NCBI GenBank assembly: GCA_034521595.1
Contig: JAXHMG010000003.1
Coordinates: 1,824,001 to 1,888,000, forward strand
Length of the DNA stretch: 64,000 nt
Origin: Gemmatimonadota bacterium
GTDB lineage: Bacteria > Gemmatimonadota > Gemmatimonadetes > Longimicrobiales > Gaopeijiaceae
Direction: 5' to 3'
The position numbers were made by a program, and so were the translations under genes. Positions 51,037-61,165 of the stretch are shown here, piece by piece (the stretch's first letter is position 1; every line of letters begins with the position of its first letter). The notes under the pieces are model-generated. The model was not told the DNA's origin and searched no databases. It saw nothing but the letters and a program-made list of their open reading frames with translations.

Positions 51037-51117
51037 GGGCTGGATGCTCCCTGATAGGGAAGTTGGGATACGTAGGGCGCCCTCGCGAGCGTGCGACGGC
51101 ATGCATCGACGAGAACA

Positions 51118-51147
51118 ATTGTAAAAAAGATACGAACCCGCGGGCAA
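51118..51147 (-). promoter_or_regulatory. Sigma-70-like promoter of the STAS-RsbW-PP2C unit
   Basis: TTGCCC (51147-51142), 18 nt spacer, TACAAT (51123-51118). Confidence 0.55.
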
Positions 51148-51164
51148 GGAACGGACGCGTCGCG

Positions 51165-52166
51165 CTACCCGGCCAGGAGCGAGGTCACGCACGATACGGC
51201 GAGAATATCGGACGGCGTCGCGCCACGCGACAGGTCGTTGCACGGCCGGCTCAGCCCCTGCAGGATCGGGCCGATCGCCTGGGCGCCCCCGAGGTACTGT
51301 ACGAGCTTGTAGGCGATGTTCGCAGCGTCGAGGTCGGGGAAGACCAGCACGTTCGCTCGGCCCGCCACGGACGACCCCGGCGCCTTCCGGCTTCCCACCG
51401 CCTCGGAGAGCGCCGCGTCACCCTGTAGCTCCCCGTCGGCGGCCACGTCGGGCTGGAGCTCCCGGAACCGGGCGACCGCATCCCGCACGAGATCGACAGC
51501 CGGCCCCGAGGCCGACCCCTTCGTGGAATACGAGAGGAACGCGACGCGCGGCTCGTCTCCGACGACTTTCCGGCGCGCACGGGCGGCGGCCACGCCGATC
51601 TCGGCGAGCTGCGCCGACGTGGGCGAAGGCACGACCGCCGCGTCGGTGAAGGTCAGCACCGAAGGCCCGTGAGAGTGATCCTCGCCGAACGCCATATAGA
51701 ACGAGGAACTCACCGTGTCGATCCCTTCCGCCGTTCCCACACCCCGGAGCGCGGCGACCACCACGTCGCCGGTGGTGCGCACCGAGCCGGCGACCGAGGC
51801 GGCCGCCTCACCCGTGTGCACCATGAGCGCTCCCTGGAGGAGCGGATCCCGCACCAACTCCTCCGCGCGCCGAGCCGGCTTGCCCACCGCATTCCGGATC
51901 TCCGTGAATACCGACCGGTACCGTTCCAGCCGCACGCCATCCCCCGGATCCCGGATTTCGGCCCGACCCGGGTCGATCCCCGCGTGACGGAGTCCGTCGG
52001 CCACCTCGTCGGGCGGGCCGATCAGAACCGCGTCGAAGAGCCCCTCGCGCACCCCTTCGGCGACCGCCTGTTGCACGCGAGGCTCTTCGCCTTCCGGAAA
52101 GACCAATGTTCGTCGGGCCTCGCGCGCGGCGCTCCGGACCCGGTCCAGGAAGGTCCCGTCACTCAT
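51165..52166 (-). CDS. pta: Phosphate acetyltransferase (short form)
   Basis: VFPEG.E.RV, VSSSF, LSYSTKGS, DGELQ.DAA, FPDLDAANIAYK, NDLSRG. Confidence 0.92.
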   Translation of the reverse strand: MSDGTFLDRVRSAAREARRTLVFPEGEEPRVQQAVAEGVREGLFDAVLIGPPDEVADGLRHAGIDPGRAEIRDPGDGVRLERYRSVFTEIRNAVGKPARRAEELVRDPLLQGALMVHTGEAAASVAGSVRTTGDVVVAALRGVGTAEGIDTVSSSFYMAFGEDHSHGPSVLTFTDAAVVPSPTSAQLAEIGVAAARARRKVVGDEPRVAFLSYSTKGSASGPAVDLVRDAVARFRELQPDVAADGELQGDAALSEAVGSRKAPGSSVAGRANVLVFPDLDAANIAYKLVQYLGGAQAIGPILQGLSRPCNDLSRGATPSDILAVSCVTSLLAG

Positions 52167-52684
52167 CCTTCGAGCTTCCGCTCGAGCTGCTCCAACACCG
52201 GAGCCGAGACGAAGCTCGACACGTCCCCACCGAGGGACGCGACCTCGCGGACGAGCGACGAAGAGATGAAGGAGTAGCGCGCCTCGGGCACGAGAAAGAG
52301 GGACTCGACGTCCGGCCAAAGCTCCTGATTCATCTGCGCCATTTGAAGCTCGTACTCGAAATCGGAGATCGCCCTCAGCCCCCGCACGATGAAATGGCCG
52401 CCCACCTCTCGAGCGAAATCGACGAGGAGGCCCTGGAACGGGTGCACCTCGACCCGGGGCTCGTCGGCGAAGACGCCTCGGATGAGCTCGACTCGTTCCT
52501 CCACCGAGAACAGGCCTTGCTTGGTATGCGTGGCCGTGCGCGCGACCCCGATCACGAGGCGATCCACCAGCCGGAGCGTCCGCCGGGCGATGTCTTCGTG
52601 CCCCCGCGTGATCGGGTCGAACGAGCCCGGATAGAGGCCGACGATCGGGTCAGGTCGGGCGGTCGTCCGTGTCCGTGTCGTCAT
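52163..52684 (-). CDS. coaD: Phosphopantetheine adenylyltransferase
   Basis: YPGSFDPITRGH, VRGLR..SDFEYE, ISSSLVRE. Confidence 0.96.
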   Translation of the reverse strand: MTTRTRTTARPDPIVGLYPGSFDPITRGHEDIARRTLRLVDRLVIGVARTATHTKQGLFSVEERVELIRGVFADEPRVEVHPFQGLLVDFAREVGGHFIVRGLRAISDFEYELQMAQMNQELWPDVESLFLVPEARYSFISSSLVREVASLGGDVSSFVSAPVLEQLERKLEG

Positions 52685-53201
52685 GGTCCGTGAGGGTCGT
52701 TAGTGCGGTGTCCCCGTACCGTCGGGTGCGGGCGTGGGTGGGGAGCGGGATCGGGTCCCGCCAAGAATGTTCGACCCAGAGGGTACGAGCAACCGGCCGC
52801 GACAGGAAGCGCTCGACGAGCATACGCGCGTCGTTCGTCCCGTAGGGCGGGTCGGCCAGCGCCATATCGAATCGGAGGGGCTCGCGGTCCAGAAACCGGA
52901 AGACGTCGTCGCTTACGACCGTCACCTCGTCCTCGGCACCGAGCGCGGCCACGTTGGCACGGAGCGCCTCGAGGGCTACACGGCTCCGTTCCACGAACAC
53001 CACTTCCGCGGCGCCACGGCTGAGCGCTTCCAAGCCCAGCGCCCCGGACCCCGCGAAGAGGTCGAGCACGCGCGCGCCGGGCAGCTCGGGGGCGGCCGCC
53101 GACATCCACGCCTCCCGCACCCGGTCGGTCGTCGGACGCACGGATCGTCCCCGGGGCGCCTTCAAGCGGCGTCCTCCCCACTTCCCCGCCACGATTCTCA
53201 C
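52650..53201 (-). CDS. rsmD: 16S rRNA m2G966 methyltransferase
   Basis: RIVAG..GGR, RPT.DRVRE, LDLFAGSGALG.EALSRGA, DPPY. Confidence 0.92.
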   Translation of the reverse strand: MRIVAGKWGGRRLKAPRGRSVRPTTDRVREAWMSAAAPELPGARVLDLFAGSGALGLEALSRGAAEVVFVERSRVALEALRANVAALGAEDEVTVVSDDVFRFLDREPLRFDMALADPPYGTNDARMLVERFLSRPVARTLWVEHSWRDPIPLPTHARTRRYGDTALTTLTDHDDTDTDDRPT

Positions 53202-54952
53202 GTCGAGGCCCCCGCGGGCCGCACATCGACCAGCTTCGCTTGCGCCGTCGCGCGTCCCCGCCACTCGTTCTTCTCGAGCCGGTACAACACGTCGTGCCCG
53301 TCGGCCGCCAAGGTTTCGGAGGGGCAGCGTGCGAACAGGCCGAAACCGATAGCCTCCACCCGTGTCTCGTCCCGGGTCAGCACGGTTTTTAGGTGGCCGT
53401 GCCCGACTTCCCTCGATCCCTCCAGCCTCACGCCGTCGGTCCGGAACAGAGGCCCCGGATTACCAATGCCATGCGGGCCCAGATACGTGAGCCAGTGCAC
53501 CAGCTCGAGATCGACGCTCGCCGGGTCGAGAGCGAGGTCGGGGCGGAGCGCCGGGCGAAGATCGTTTTCCTCCATCCGTGCCCGCGCCTCGGCATTGAGC
53601 GCCTCCCGAAGCGCCGGAACCCGATCGCGGAGCACGTCCATCCCCGCGGCCTGGCGGTGGCCGCCGAAGCGCTCCAGGTGTTCCGAGCACGCCTTCAACG
53701 CCTCGTAGAGGTGGAAGCCGGGCACGGACCGGGCACTGCCCCGTCCCCGCGCACCGTCGAGGGCCACCATCACCACCGGGCGGTGAATCCGTTCGACGAC
53801 CCGCGAAGCGACGATGCCGATGATGCCCGGGTGCCACCCGTCCGCTGCGAGCACGACCGCGTAATCCCGGTCCGGGTCGTACGTCTGTTCGAGCTCCGCG
53901 AACGCCTCCTCCTCGGTTCGGCGGTCCTCCAGGCGTCGGTCTCGATTGATCTCCTCGAGGGCCGTAGCGAGCGCGCGAGCCTCCTCGGGCTCGTCGGTCA
54001 GGAGCAGCCGCAAGGCGTCGTCGGCGTCCCCGATGCGCCCGGCTGCGTTGATCCGGGGTGCGACCACGAAGCCCAGCTTCCCCGCGGTGAGCTCGTCGGC
54101 CGCGGTACCCGAAGCGTCCAGTAGGGCGGCAAGGCCGGGGAGCGTCGTTCGGGCCATCCGCTTCAGGCCGTACGCGACCAGGACACGGTTCTCGCCGGAA
54201 AGCGGCACGAGGTCCGCGACCGTAGCGAGCGCCACCAGATCGAGGTAGCGCGCCAGGGGCTCGAGATCTTCGTCGAGCGCCCGGCCCACGAGCTCACAAA
54301 CCCGGTAGGCGAGACCCGTTCCACTGAGACCCTCGTCCGGATACGGACAATCCGGCCGCTTGGGGTTGACCACGGCGTACGCCGGGCTGGGCGCTTCTCC
54401 CACCGTGTGATGGTCCGTCACCACTACGTCGCGTCCCTCGCGGGCCGCCGCAGCGACGGTGTCGTGAGCCACCGTCCCACAGTCCGCGGTCAGGATGAGC
54501 GTGGCATCCGCGTGACGGGCCGCTTCGAGCCCGGCTTCCGAAAAGTCGTATCCGTCCCGGAGCCGGTGCGGCACGAAGGGCACGACGCGACCTCCGAGTC
54601 CCCGCAACCAACGCGTGAGCAGCGCCGTGGCACAGATTCCGTCCACGTCGTAATCGCCGTGCACGAGGATCACCTCCCCCGCACGAACCGCCTCCGCGAT
54701 CCGCTCGGCCGCCCGGGGTCCGTCGGCCAGGAGCGCGGGGTCGTGAAGATGCTCCAAACGGGGCCGCAGAAAGCGCTTGGCCGCTTCGGGATCGGACAGC
54801 CCCCGCACCGCGAGCACGCGACAGACCGGCTCGGGGAGCCGAAGCGCCGCCTGAAGGGTCCGGACGGCCCGCGGATCGGGCTCCGGAGGAGCGTGCCACA
54901 CCGCTGCGGGAGATCGCACCGTGGACGGGCGCGAAGCGGTGGACCGGGTCAC
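53198..54952 (-). CDS. recJ: Single-stranded-DNA exonuclease RecJ
   Basis: GDYDVDG, TDHH, TVADLVPL..ENR, PRINAAGR, GSARS, FGGH. Start is approximate. Confidence 0.94.
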   Translation of the reverse strand: MTRSTASRPSTVRSPAAVWHAPPEPDPRAVRTLQAALRLPEPVCRVLAVRGLSDPEAAKRFLRPRLEHLHDPALLADGPRAAERIAEAVRAGEVILVHGDYDVDGICATALLTRWLRGLGGRVVPFVPHRLRDGYDFSEAGLEAARHADATLILTADCGTVAHDTVAAAAREGRDVVVTDHHTVGEAPSPAYAVVNPKRPDCPYPDEGLSGTGLAYRVCELVGRALDEDLEPLARYLDLVALATVADLVPLSGENRVLVAYGLKRMARTTLPGLAALLDASGTAADELTAGKLGFVVAPRINAAGRIGDADDALRLLLTDEPEEARALATALEEINRDRRLEDRRTEEEAFAELEQTYDPDRDYAVVLAADGWHPGIIGIVASRVVERIHRPVVMVALDGARGRGSARSVPGFHLYEALKACSEHLERFGGHRQAAGMDVLRDRVPALREALNAEARARMEENDLRPALRPDLALDPASVDLELVHWLTYLGPHGIGNPGPLFRTDGVRLEGSREVGHGHLKTVLTRDETRVEAIGFGLFARCPSETLAADGHDVLYRLEKNEWRGRATAQAKLVDVRPAGAST

Positions 54953-54986
54953 GTAGGCCTCGAGCCCCCGAGCGTGTCCGGGCCTG

Positions 54987-55796
54987 TCACTCGTCGACGA
55001 GGGCCTCGTCCGGGTCCTCGGTGCCGGCCGCGCCATCCGACGAGGTCGTGTCGTCCGTCTCCGCTTCGGATTCGGCTTCGGACCGGGGATCGGGAGCGGA
55101 AAGGATGACCCCGCACGCTTCGCAGCGGATCAGGTCATCCCCGTGCCGGATCTCCGTCTGAACCTGGAGCGGCACCATGCCGAAACAGTTTCCACAAGCT
55201 CCGTCCTCCGTCAGCTCGGCCACCGCCTGGCGCCCGGTTCGGCCCCGGATCGCGTCATAGATGTGGAGCTCGCTTTCGTCGATCTCCTCCACGAATTCTT
55301 GCCGTTTCGCCCGGAGCTCCTCGAGCAGCTTCTCGACCTCGGTACGTTCCTGCACGAGAGCTTCACGCTTGGGCTCGACCATCGAGCGAGCTTCCTCGTA
55401 GGCCTCCTCGAGCTCCGCGATTCGCTCGTCGGACTTGCGGATCTGATCGAGCAGGGTGTAGGCCTCCTGCTCGTCGTTCTGCAGAGAGCGCTTGACCATC
55501 TCCAGCTCCGCGCTGACCGCGGCTTCTTCTCGCAGGTTCCGGACGGACCCGACACGGTCTTCGAGCTTCTTGAGGCGGTCACGCTTCTCAGTGATCGAGA
55601 GCTCCAGACGCCGCTCCTCCACCTTCATCTCCTGCGAGCGCTTCCGGAGCGTGCCCAACTCGCCCTCGACGACCAGGACCGGCTCCTCCACCTCCTCGAA
55701 ACGCGGATCGAACGCCTGAATGCGTTCCTCTGCCTCCAGGATGCTAGTGTCCAGCTTCTGCAGTTCTTTGAGTGCGGTGCGGCGCTGCTCCGTCAT
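54987..55796 (-). CDS. Coiled-coil protein with C4 zinc ribbon (DUF164/HP0958-like)
   Basis: LQ.LD N-terminus, long coiled coil, CGNC...CEACG.IL. Confidence 0.88.
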   Translation of the reverse strand: MTEQRRTALKELQKLDTSILEAEERIQAFDPRFEEVEEPVLVVEGELGTLRKRSQEMKVEERRLELSITEKRDRLKKLEDRVGSVRNLREEAAVSAELEMVKRSLQNDEQEAYTLLDQIRKSDERIAELEEAYEEARSMVEPKREALVQERTEVEKLLEELRAKRQEFVEEIDESELHIYDAIRGRTGRQAVAELTEDGACGNCFGMVPLQVQTEIRHGDDLIRCEACGVILSAPDPRSEAESEAETDDTTSSDGAAGTEDPDEALVDE

Positions 55797-57625
55797 CGGC
55801 TCGGTTCGTTCTGTGAGTGATCTCGTCGGGGTACGCGCGTCGCGGACCCCCAGTAATTCGGATCGAGCTGGCGAAGCTCCCGTGCGAGGGTGGCCTTCGC
55901 GTTCGCGAGCTCCAGCTTTTCCTCGTCCTCACCCGCGGACTCGATCCGCCGCTGAAGCTCCTGGATTCTCCGGTCCAGCGTGAGAACCCGAAGCCGGTTC
56001 ACCGACTTCGTGAAGACGTCGATCCCGTGGGAGAGCTCCTCCGGGTCCGCCAGGATCTCCTCGAACCGACGAGCGGTCGCGGGATCCATGGACGAGGGTG
56101 GCGCCCGGAGGTCGGGATCGTCAAGGAGCGTCTGAAAGATGGCGCGGTGATGCGGATCGTCAAAGTCCTCGACGGAAACCACCTCCGCGGCCCGCTCGAC
56201 CCACTCTACGCCACGGACCATCACCTGAAGCAGCTTACGCTCGGCACCATGGCGAGGCACGCGCGGGCCGGAGGCCGGCTTGGCCTGCTGCCGCGCGGGA
56301 CCCGCTGACGGCTTCCGGACCGCCTGTCGCCCCGACGCCTCGCGAGCCAGCTCGGCCTCGAGCGTCTCTCGGCGCACGCCCGTGCGGTCCGCGACCTTCT
56401 TGACGTAGATGTCGCGGAGCGTCGCATCGGCAGCCGCACGCATGGTGGGGAGCAATCGGTCGATCGCCGCGCGCGTGCGCTCGATGGACGAGAAGTAGTT
56501 GCGCTCGTCCAGGATCTGGAGCTTCCGGTCGAGAACGTCCACCGCCTGGTCGACGTATCCGCGGAGCACGTCGGGCCCCTCACCCCGCACCAGCGTGTCG
56601 GGGTCTTCGCCGTCCGGCAGGGTGACCACGGCCGGGTGGAGGCCCGCTTCGAGCAAGACGTCTCCGGCGCGGAACGTCGCCTTGAGACCCGCGGCGTCCG
56701 AATCGAAGAGGAGCACGATGCGCTTCGCATATCGTCCGAGCAGGCTCGCCTGTTCGGGCGTGACGGCGGTTCCGAGGGGCGCGACGACGTGCTCGAGGCC
56801 GTGCGCCGCGAGCGAGACCACGTCCATATACCCCTCCACGATCAGCGCGCATTCCTCGCGCCGAATCGCATGACGGGCCCAGGAGAGGCCGTAGAGATTG
56901 AGGCCCTTGTGGTAGACGGGTGACTCGGGCGAGTTGACGTACTTGGGCGCGTCGGGACGGTCGCCGTCGAGAATCCGGCCGCCGAACCCGATCACTTTCC
57001 CCGAGAGCGACTCGATGGGAAAGATGATCCGACGCCGAAAGCGGTCGTACGCCTCCGGCGACTTCTCGCTGCGCGCCAGGAGGCCGAGCTCCATCATGAG
57101 CTCCTCGTCGAGCCCGTGCTTTGCCGCGGCCGACCGGAGTCCTCGCCACGCGTCGGGGGCGTACCCGATGCCGAAGCGCTCGGCCGTCTCCCCGTCGATG
57201 CCGCGCCGGGTGAGGTACTCGCGCGCGATCTTACCGTCCTCGGCGTCCAGGAAACGCTCCCGGTACCAGTCCCGGGCGAAGCCGTTGATCTCGTAGAACG
57301 GACGATTCGGGTCGTCCTCTTCACGGTCCTTGTGGACCTCGCGAATCTCGACGCCCGAGCGAGCCGCGACGTGCTTCACCGCCTCCACGAACTCCATGCC
57401 CTGCCGCTCTATCAGGAACGAGAAGACGTCTCCGGACTTGCCACACCCGAAGCACTTGTAGAAGCCTTTGTCGGGCACGACGTAGAAGCTGGGCGTGCGC
57501 TCTTCGTGAAAGGGACAGTTGGCCTTGTACTCGCGTCCCGACTTCTTCAGCGTCACGAACTCGCCGATGACGTCGACGATGTCCGCACGGGTCCGGACCT
57601 CGTCGACCATCTCGTCGGGGATCAT
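55793..57625 (-). CDS. dnaG: DNA primase
   Basis: CPFH.E.TPSF...CFGC zinc domain, KY.NSPE, VEGYMD, FDSD.AG. ATG 57625 overlaps the mutS2 stop. Confidence 0.96.
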   Translation of the reverse strand: MIPDEMVDEVRTRADIVDVIGEFVTLKKSGREYKANCPFHEERTPSFYVVPDKGFYKCFGCGKSGDVFSFLIERQGMEFVEAVKHVAARSGVEIREVHKDREEDDPNRPFYEINGFARDWYRERFLDAEDGKIAREYLTRRGIDGETAERFGIGYAPDAWRGLRSAAAKHGLDEELMMELGLLARSEKSPEAYDRFRRRIIFPIESLSGKVIGFGGRILDGDRPDAPKYVNSPESPVYHKGLNLYGLSWARHAIRREECALIVEGYMDVVSLAAHGLEHVVAPLGTAVTPEQASLLGRYAKRIVLLFDSDAAGLKATFRAGDVLLEAGLHPAVVTLPDGEDPDTLVRGEGPDVLRGYVDQAVDVLDRKLQILDERNYFSSIERTRAAIDRLLPTMRAAADATLRDIYVKKVADRTGVRRETLEAELAREASGRQAVRKPSAGPARQQAKPASGPRVPRHGAERKLLQVMVRGVEWVERAAEVVSVEDFDDPHHRAIFQTLLDDPDLRAPPSSMDPATARRFEEILADPEELSHGIDVFTKSVNRLRVLTLDRRIQELQRRIESAGEDEEKLELANAKATLARELRQLDPNYWGSATRVPRRDHSQNEPSR

Positions 57626-60033
57626 GCGCCCTCCCGGAAGCCGGCCACGGTCACGCCCGCGCCCCCTTCCGTGGGCCGGCCCATGCGCATCGACCGCACG
57701 CGCGCGTCTGCTTCGAGCATCTCCCCCACCCGTTTTCGTAGCGCTCCGGTCCCTTTGCCGTGAATGATCCGGAGCTCCGGGAGGTCCTCGAACACCGCTT
57801 CGTCGAGCGCGCGCGCGAGCTCTACCTCCAGCTCGTGCACACGCAGCCCCCGCAGGTCGACCTCCACCCGCGCCCCTCCATCCCGCTCCGCGGACCACCC
57901 TCCACCGCCCCCGGACGGGGCGGGCTCCGCGGTCGACGCCCCGCCGCCGGAGTCGGGATCGGCGGCTGCCGCCTCGATCAGCTCGAGGTCGCTCAGGGCC
58001 GCCTCCAGCTTGATCGCGCCGGCCTCCACGACGGCCCGGTTGGATCGGCGCTCGACGATCCGTCCCTTCGCCCCCGTCGCCTTGAGGCGCACGCGATCCC
58101 CTTCGGCGAAGTCTCGAGTCGGCGCCGGGCGATCGCTCCGGGAGGCGCCCGGCGCGGGCCGATTACGCTCGGCCGCCCGTTCCACGCGCCCCCGCGCCTC
58201 GTGAATGGCCGCGTCCAATGAGGTGCCCTCCTCCGCGGCGCGCCGAACCTCCTGGACCGCCGCTTCGACCTCCGAGCGGGCATCGAGCAGAAGCTGGCGA
58301 GCCTCGTCGCGGGCCCGTTCGGCATGGGACGCTTCGGCCTCCTCCAACGCGCGCTCGCGCCTCTCCAGCTCCTCGCCGAGCCGCGCCGCACGCGCCCGCT
58401 CACGATCCAGCTCGTGCACCAGCCGGTCAGCTTCACGGTCCCGCTCCTCGAGCCGGGCCAGCGTCTCTTCGAGCTTCGCCTCGTCGTCGTCGCGATACCC
58501 TTCGGCACGATCGAGCACGCGGCCCGGGAACCCCAACGTTCGCGCGATGGCGAGACCGTAGCTTCGGCCCGGCCGGCCCTTCTGGAGGCGATAGGTCGGC
58601 TCCATACGCGCCGAATCGAACTGGAGTGACGCGTTGACGACCCCCGTCCCTTCCCCGGCGAGTCGCTTCAGCTCCCCGAGGTGCGAGGACGCCAGAGTGA
58701 GCGCCCCCTGGGACACCAACTCCTCCAGAATGGCCCGCGCCAGAGCCGCGCCCTCCGACGGATCGGTCCCGGTTCCCATCTCGTCGACGAGCACCAGCGA
58801 GCGTGCGTCCGCTCGCTGCACGATCTCCGAAAGGTTCTCCAGGTGCGCCGAAAACGTCGAGAGATTCCGCGCGATGGATTGTTCGTCCCCGATGTCGGCG
58901 TAGAACGACCCGAAGACCGGCAAGCGGGTTCCCGGACCGACCGGCGGAACCACACCGCTCTGGGCCAGAGCCGCGATCAGGCCGGTGGCCTTGAGGAACA
59001 CGCTTTTTCCGCCCGTGTTCGGTCCGGACACGACCACGGCCCGCTCCCCGGAATCGAGGTCGAGGTCGAACGGCACCACGGAGTCGAGCCCCTGCGTCTC
59101 GACCAGCAAGGGATGCCGCGCGCCGACCAGCCGGATCCCGTGCGAAGGATCGCCCAGGATCTCGGGCACCTCCGCACGCCAGGACATCGCGACTCGGGCA
59201 CGCGCCTGCAGGGCATCGAAATCGGCGAGAGCGTCCAAAGCGCCGCGCAGCTCGGCGTGCACGGGAGCAAGCCGACCGGTGAGGGATCGGAGGACCCGCT
59301 GGACCTCACGCTTCTCCTCCCGCTCGAGGTCACGAAGCTCGTTCATCGCCTCGATCGCTTCGGGCGGCTCCACGTAGAGGGTCGCCCCGGTCTGCGACTC
59401 GTCGTGCACGATCCCACCCACGTCGCTGCGCGCCTCACGCCGAACGGGAACGACGTACCGTCCTTCACGAACCGTCACCGATGCATCCGGCACGACGTAA
59501 CGTTCGGAGAGTCCCGAGAGGTAGGCATCCAACCGCTTGACGACCCGTCCGTGGGCGCCGCGCAACCGGTCCCGGAGCCGCCGGAGCTCCTTCGACGCCG
59601 TGTCCAGCACCGAGCCGTCCGCGTCGACCGACCGCTGGATCTCCTTTTCGAGCTCCTCGAAGTCGACCAGAGCCGCGCGCAGCGTGCGGACCCCGTCGTC
59701 CACCGCCCCGTCGAGCACGCGTCGCAGCTCTCGGGAGGAGCCCATCAGGACACCGAGGTCGTGGAGCTCCGCGGCTTCGAGGACCGCGCCGTCCACCCCC
59801 GCGCGCTTCAGCGACGCCTCGACGTCGGGCACCGGCGGCATGCCCCATTCCGGGCGTTCCTCCGCGAAGCGCATCACGGCGCGCACGCGCCCGAGCTCCC
59901 GGGCTACGTCGTCGGATGCCCCACGGGGGCGCAGCGCGTGGACTTTGCGGCGCCCGGGGTCGCTGGCAGCCCGTTCCGCGATCCGCTCGAGCACGCGCTC
60001 GAACTCCAGAACGGCGAGCGCATGATCGCTCAT
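57622..60033 (-). CDS. mutS2: Endonuclease MutS2 (Smr domain)
   Basis: SGPNTGGKS, DIGDEQSI..LSTFS, DE.GTGTDP, C-terminal DLRG...IIHGKGTG. Confidence 0.95.
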   Translation of the reverse strand: MSDHALAVLEFERVLERIAERAASDPGRRKVHALRPRGASDDVARELGRVRAVMRFAEERPEWGMPPVPDVEASLKRAGVDGAVLEAAELHDLGVLMGSSRELRRVLDGAVDDGVRTLRAALVDFEELEKEIQRSVDADGSVLDTASKELRRLRDRLRGAHGRVVKRLDAYLSGLSERYVVPDASVTVREGRYVVPVRREARSDVGGIVHDESQTGATLYVEPPEAIEAMNELRDLEREEKREVQRVLRSLTGRLAPVHAELRGALDALADFDALQARARVAMSWRAEVPEILGDPSHGIRLVGARHPLLVETQGLDSVVPFDLDLDSGERAVVVSGPNTGGKSVFLKATGLIAALAQSGVVPPVGPGTRLPVFGSFYADIGDEQSIARNLSTFSAHLENLSEIVQRADARSLVLVDEMGTGTDPSEGAALARAILEELVSQGALTLASSHLGELKRLAGEGTGVVNASLQFDSARMEPTYRLQKGRPGRSYGLAIARTLGFPGRVLDRAEGYRDDDEAKLEETLARLEERDREADRLVHELDRERARAARLGEELERRERALEEAEASHAERARDEARQLLLDARSEVEAAVQEVRRAAEEGTSLDAAIHEARGRVERAAERNRPAPGASRSDRPAPTRDFAEGDRVRLKATGAKGRIVERRSNRAVVEAGAIKLEAALSDLELIEAAAADPDSGGGASTAEPAPSGGGGGWSAERDGGARVEVDLRGLRVHELEVELARALDEAVFEDLPELRIIHGKGTGALRKRVGEMLEADARVRSMRMGRPTEGGAGVTVAGFREGA

Positions 60034-60083
60034 TCCGTCACCTCATCGGGATCGCGGCCCGCATCCGCGCTCCGACCGTCGCC

Positions 60084-60524
60084 TCAAGCGCCGAGCTCCT
60101 CCCGCGCGATCCGGTTCGCTTCCTTACCGTCGAACCGCCCGCGGATCCGAGGCATGATCTTGCCCATGAGCGGGCCCATCTCGTCCGTGCCCGCATCGAT
60201 CGCTTCGCGCACGAGCTCCCGGACGTCGTCTTCGGTGAGCTGCTCGGGCAGATAGCCCTGCAGGATGGCGGCCTGAGCGTCCTCCTGCTCGGCGAGCTCG
60301 GTGCGGCCGGCTTCGCGCATCTGCCGGGCGGCATCTTCCCGCTGCTTGATCGCCTTGGAGATGACCTGCACGACCCCGTCGTCGTCGAGGTCGCTCCCAC
60401 CGTCGATCTCCTTGTTGCGGACCTCCGAGAGCACCGTCGAGAGCACGAGCACCCGGATCTTCTCCCGTTGCTTCCGCGCGGTGTTGACGTCCTCCTGGAT
60501 CCGAGCTTTCAAGTCGCTGGACAC
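60084..60524 (-). CDS. yqeY: GatB/YqeY domain protein
   Basis: LK.RIQ.D, KQR.D, GR.ELA.QE, YLP.QL, MG..MG. GTG start is inferred. Confidence 0.88.
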   Translation of the reverse strand: MSSDLKARIQEDVNTARKQREKIRVLVLSTVLSEVRNKEIDGGSDLDDDGVVQVISKAIKQREDAARQMREAGRTELAEQEDAQAAILQGYLPEQLTEDDVRELVREAIDAGTDEMGPLMGKIMPRIRGRFDGKEANRIAREELGA

Positions 60525-60642
60525 GGTCTGTCTCTCTTTCGCATGGGTTCTCGAGCAGATGGCTGGTCGGGGCATCCGAAGCAAGGCGAGCCGGCATGCC
60601 CCGGATCGGTGGGCTACCCCCGAGACACGATAAGGTCGCGCA

Positions 60643-60996
60643 TCATCCGGGGGGCCACTGCATGGCACGGCCACCGAGCACGTGGACGTGGAGGTGATCG
60701 ACGGTCTGACCCCCGTGGTCGCCGGTGTTGACGACGGTGCGATACCCCGACTCGGCGATCCCCTCCGCGCGGGCGACGTCTCGCGCCCGCAGGAGAAGCT
60801 CTCCGAGCAGCGCCTGATCGTCGGGCTCGCTCACGTCCAACGAGGGCATGTGCTTGCGAGGGATGACCAGCACGTGCACGGGTGCTTGGGGATTGATGTC
60901 CTTGAACGCCACCGTGTGGTCGTCCTCTCGGACCAGGTCGGCGGGGATCCGACCTTCCACGATGCCGCAAAACAGGCAGTCGGCTTCCGAACTCAT
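60643..60996 (-). CDS. hinT: HIT-family nucleotide-binding protein
   Basis: CLFC.I, F.DI.PQAPVH, HLHVHVLGGR...WPPG. Confidence 0.93.
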   Translation of the reverse strand: MSSEADCLFCGIVEGRIPADLVREDDHTVAFKDINPQAPVHVLVIPRKHMPSLDVSEPDDQALLGELLLRARDVARAEGIAESGYRTVVNTGDHGGQTVDHLHVHVLGGRAMQWPPG

Positions 60997-61165
60997 GGAT
61001 GCTTGGCTCCGGGATCGATGTGGTGATGCGCGTGATGGATCTTGTCCGCGGGCGGCGGCCAATGCAATGCGAGGGCGGACGTCTCGTCACGGCATGGAGA
61101 CGCCCCCCTCCGATCCTGACCTTGGCGTACATCGGCCAATCACGCAGCCACACCCGGAGTCGAAC

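Noticed and set aside
51119-51136. Second Rex box (TTGTAAAAAAGATACGAA)
   Set aside because: Five mismatches; better explained as the AT-rich -10 and spacer of a promoter.
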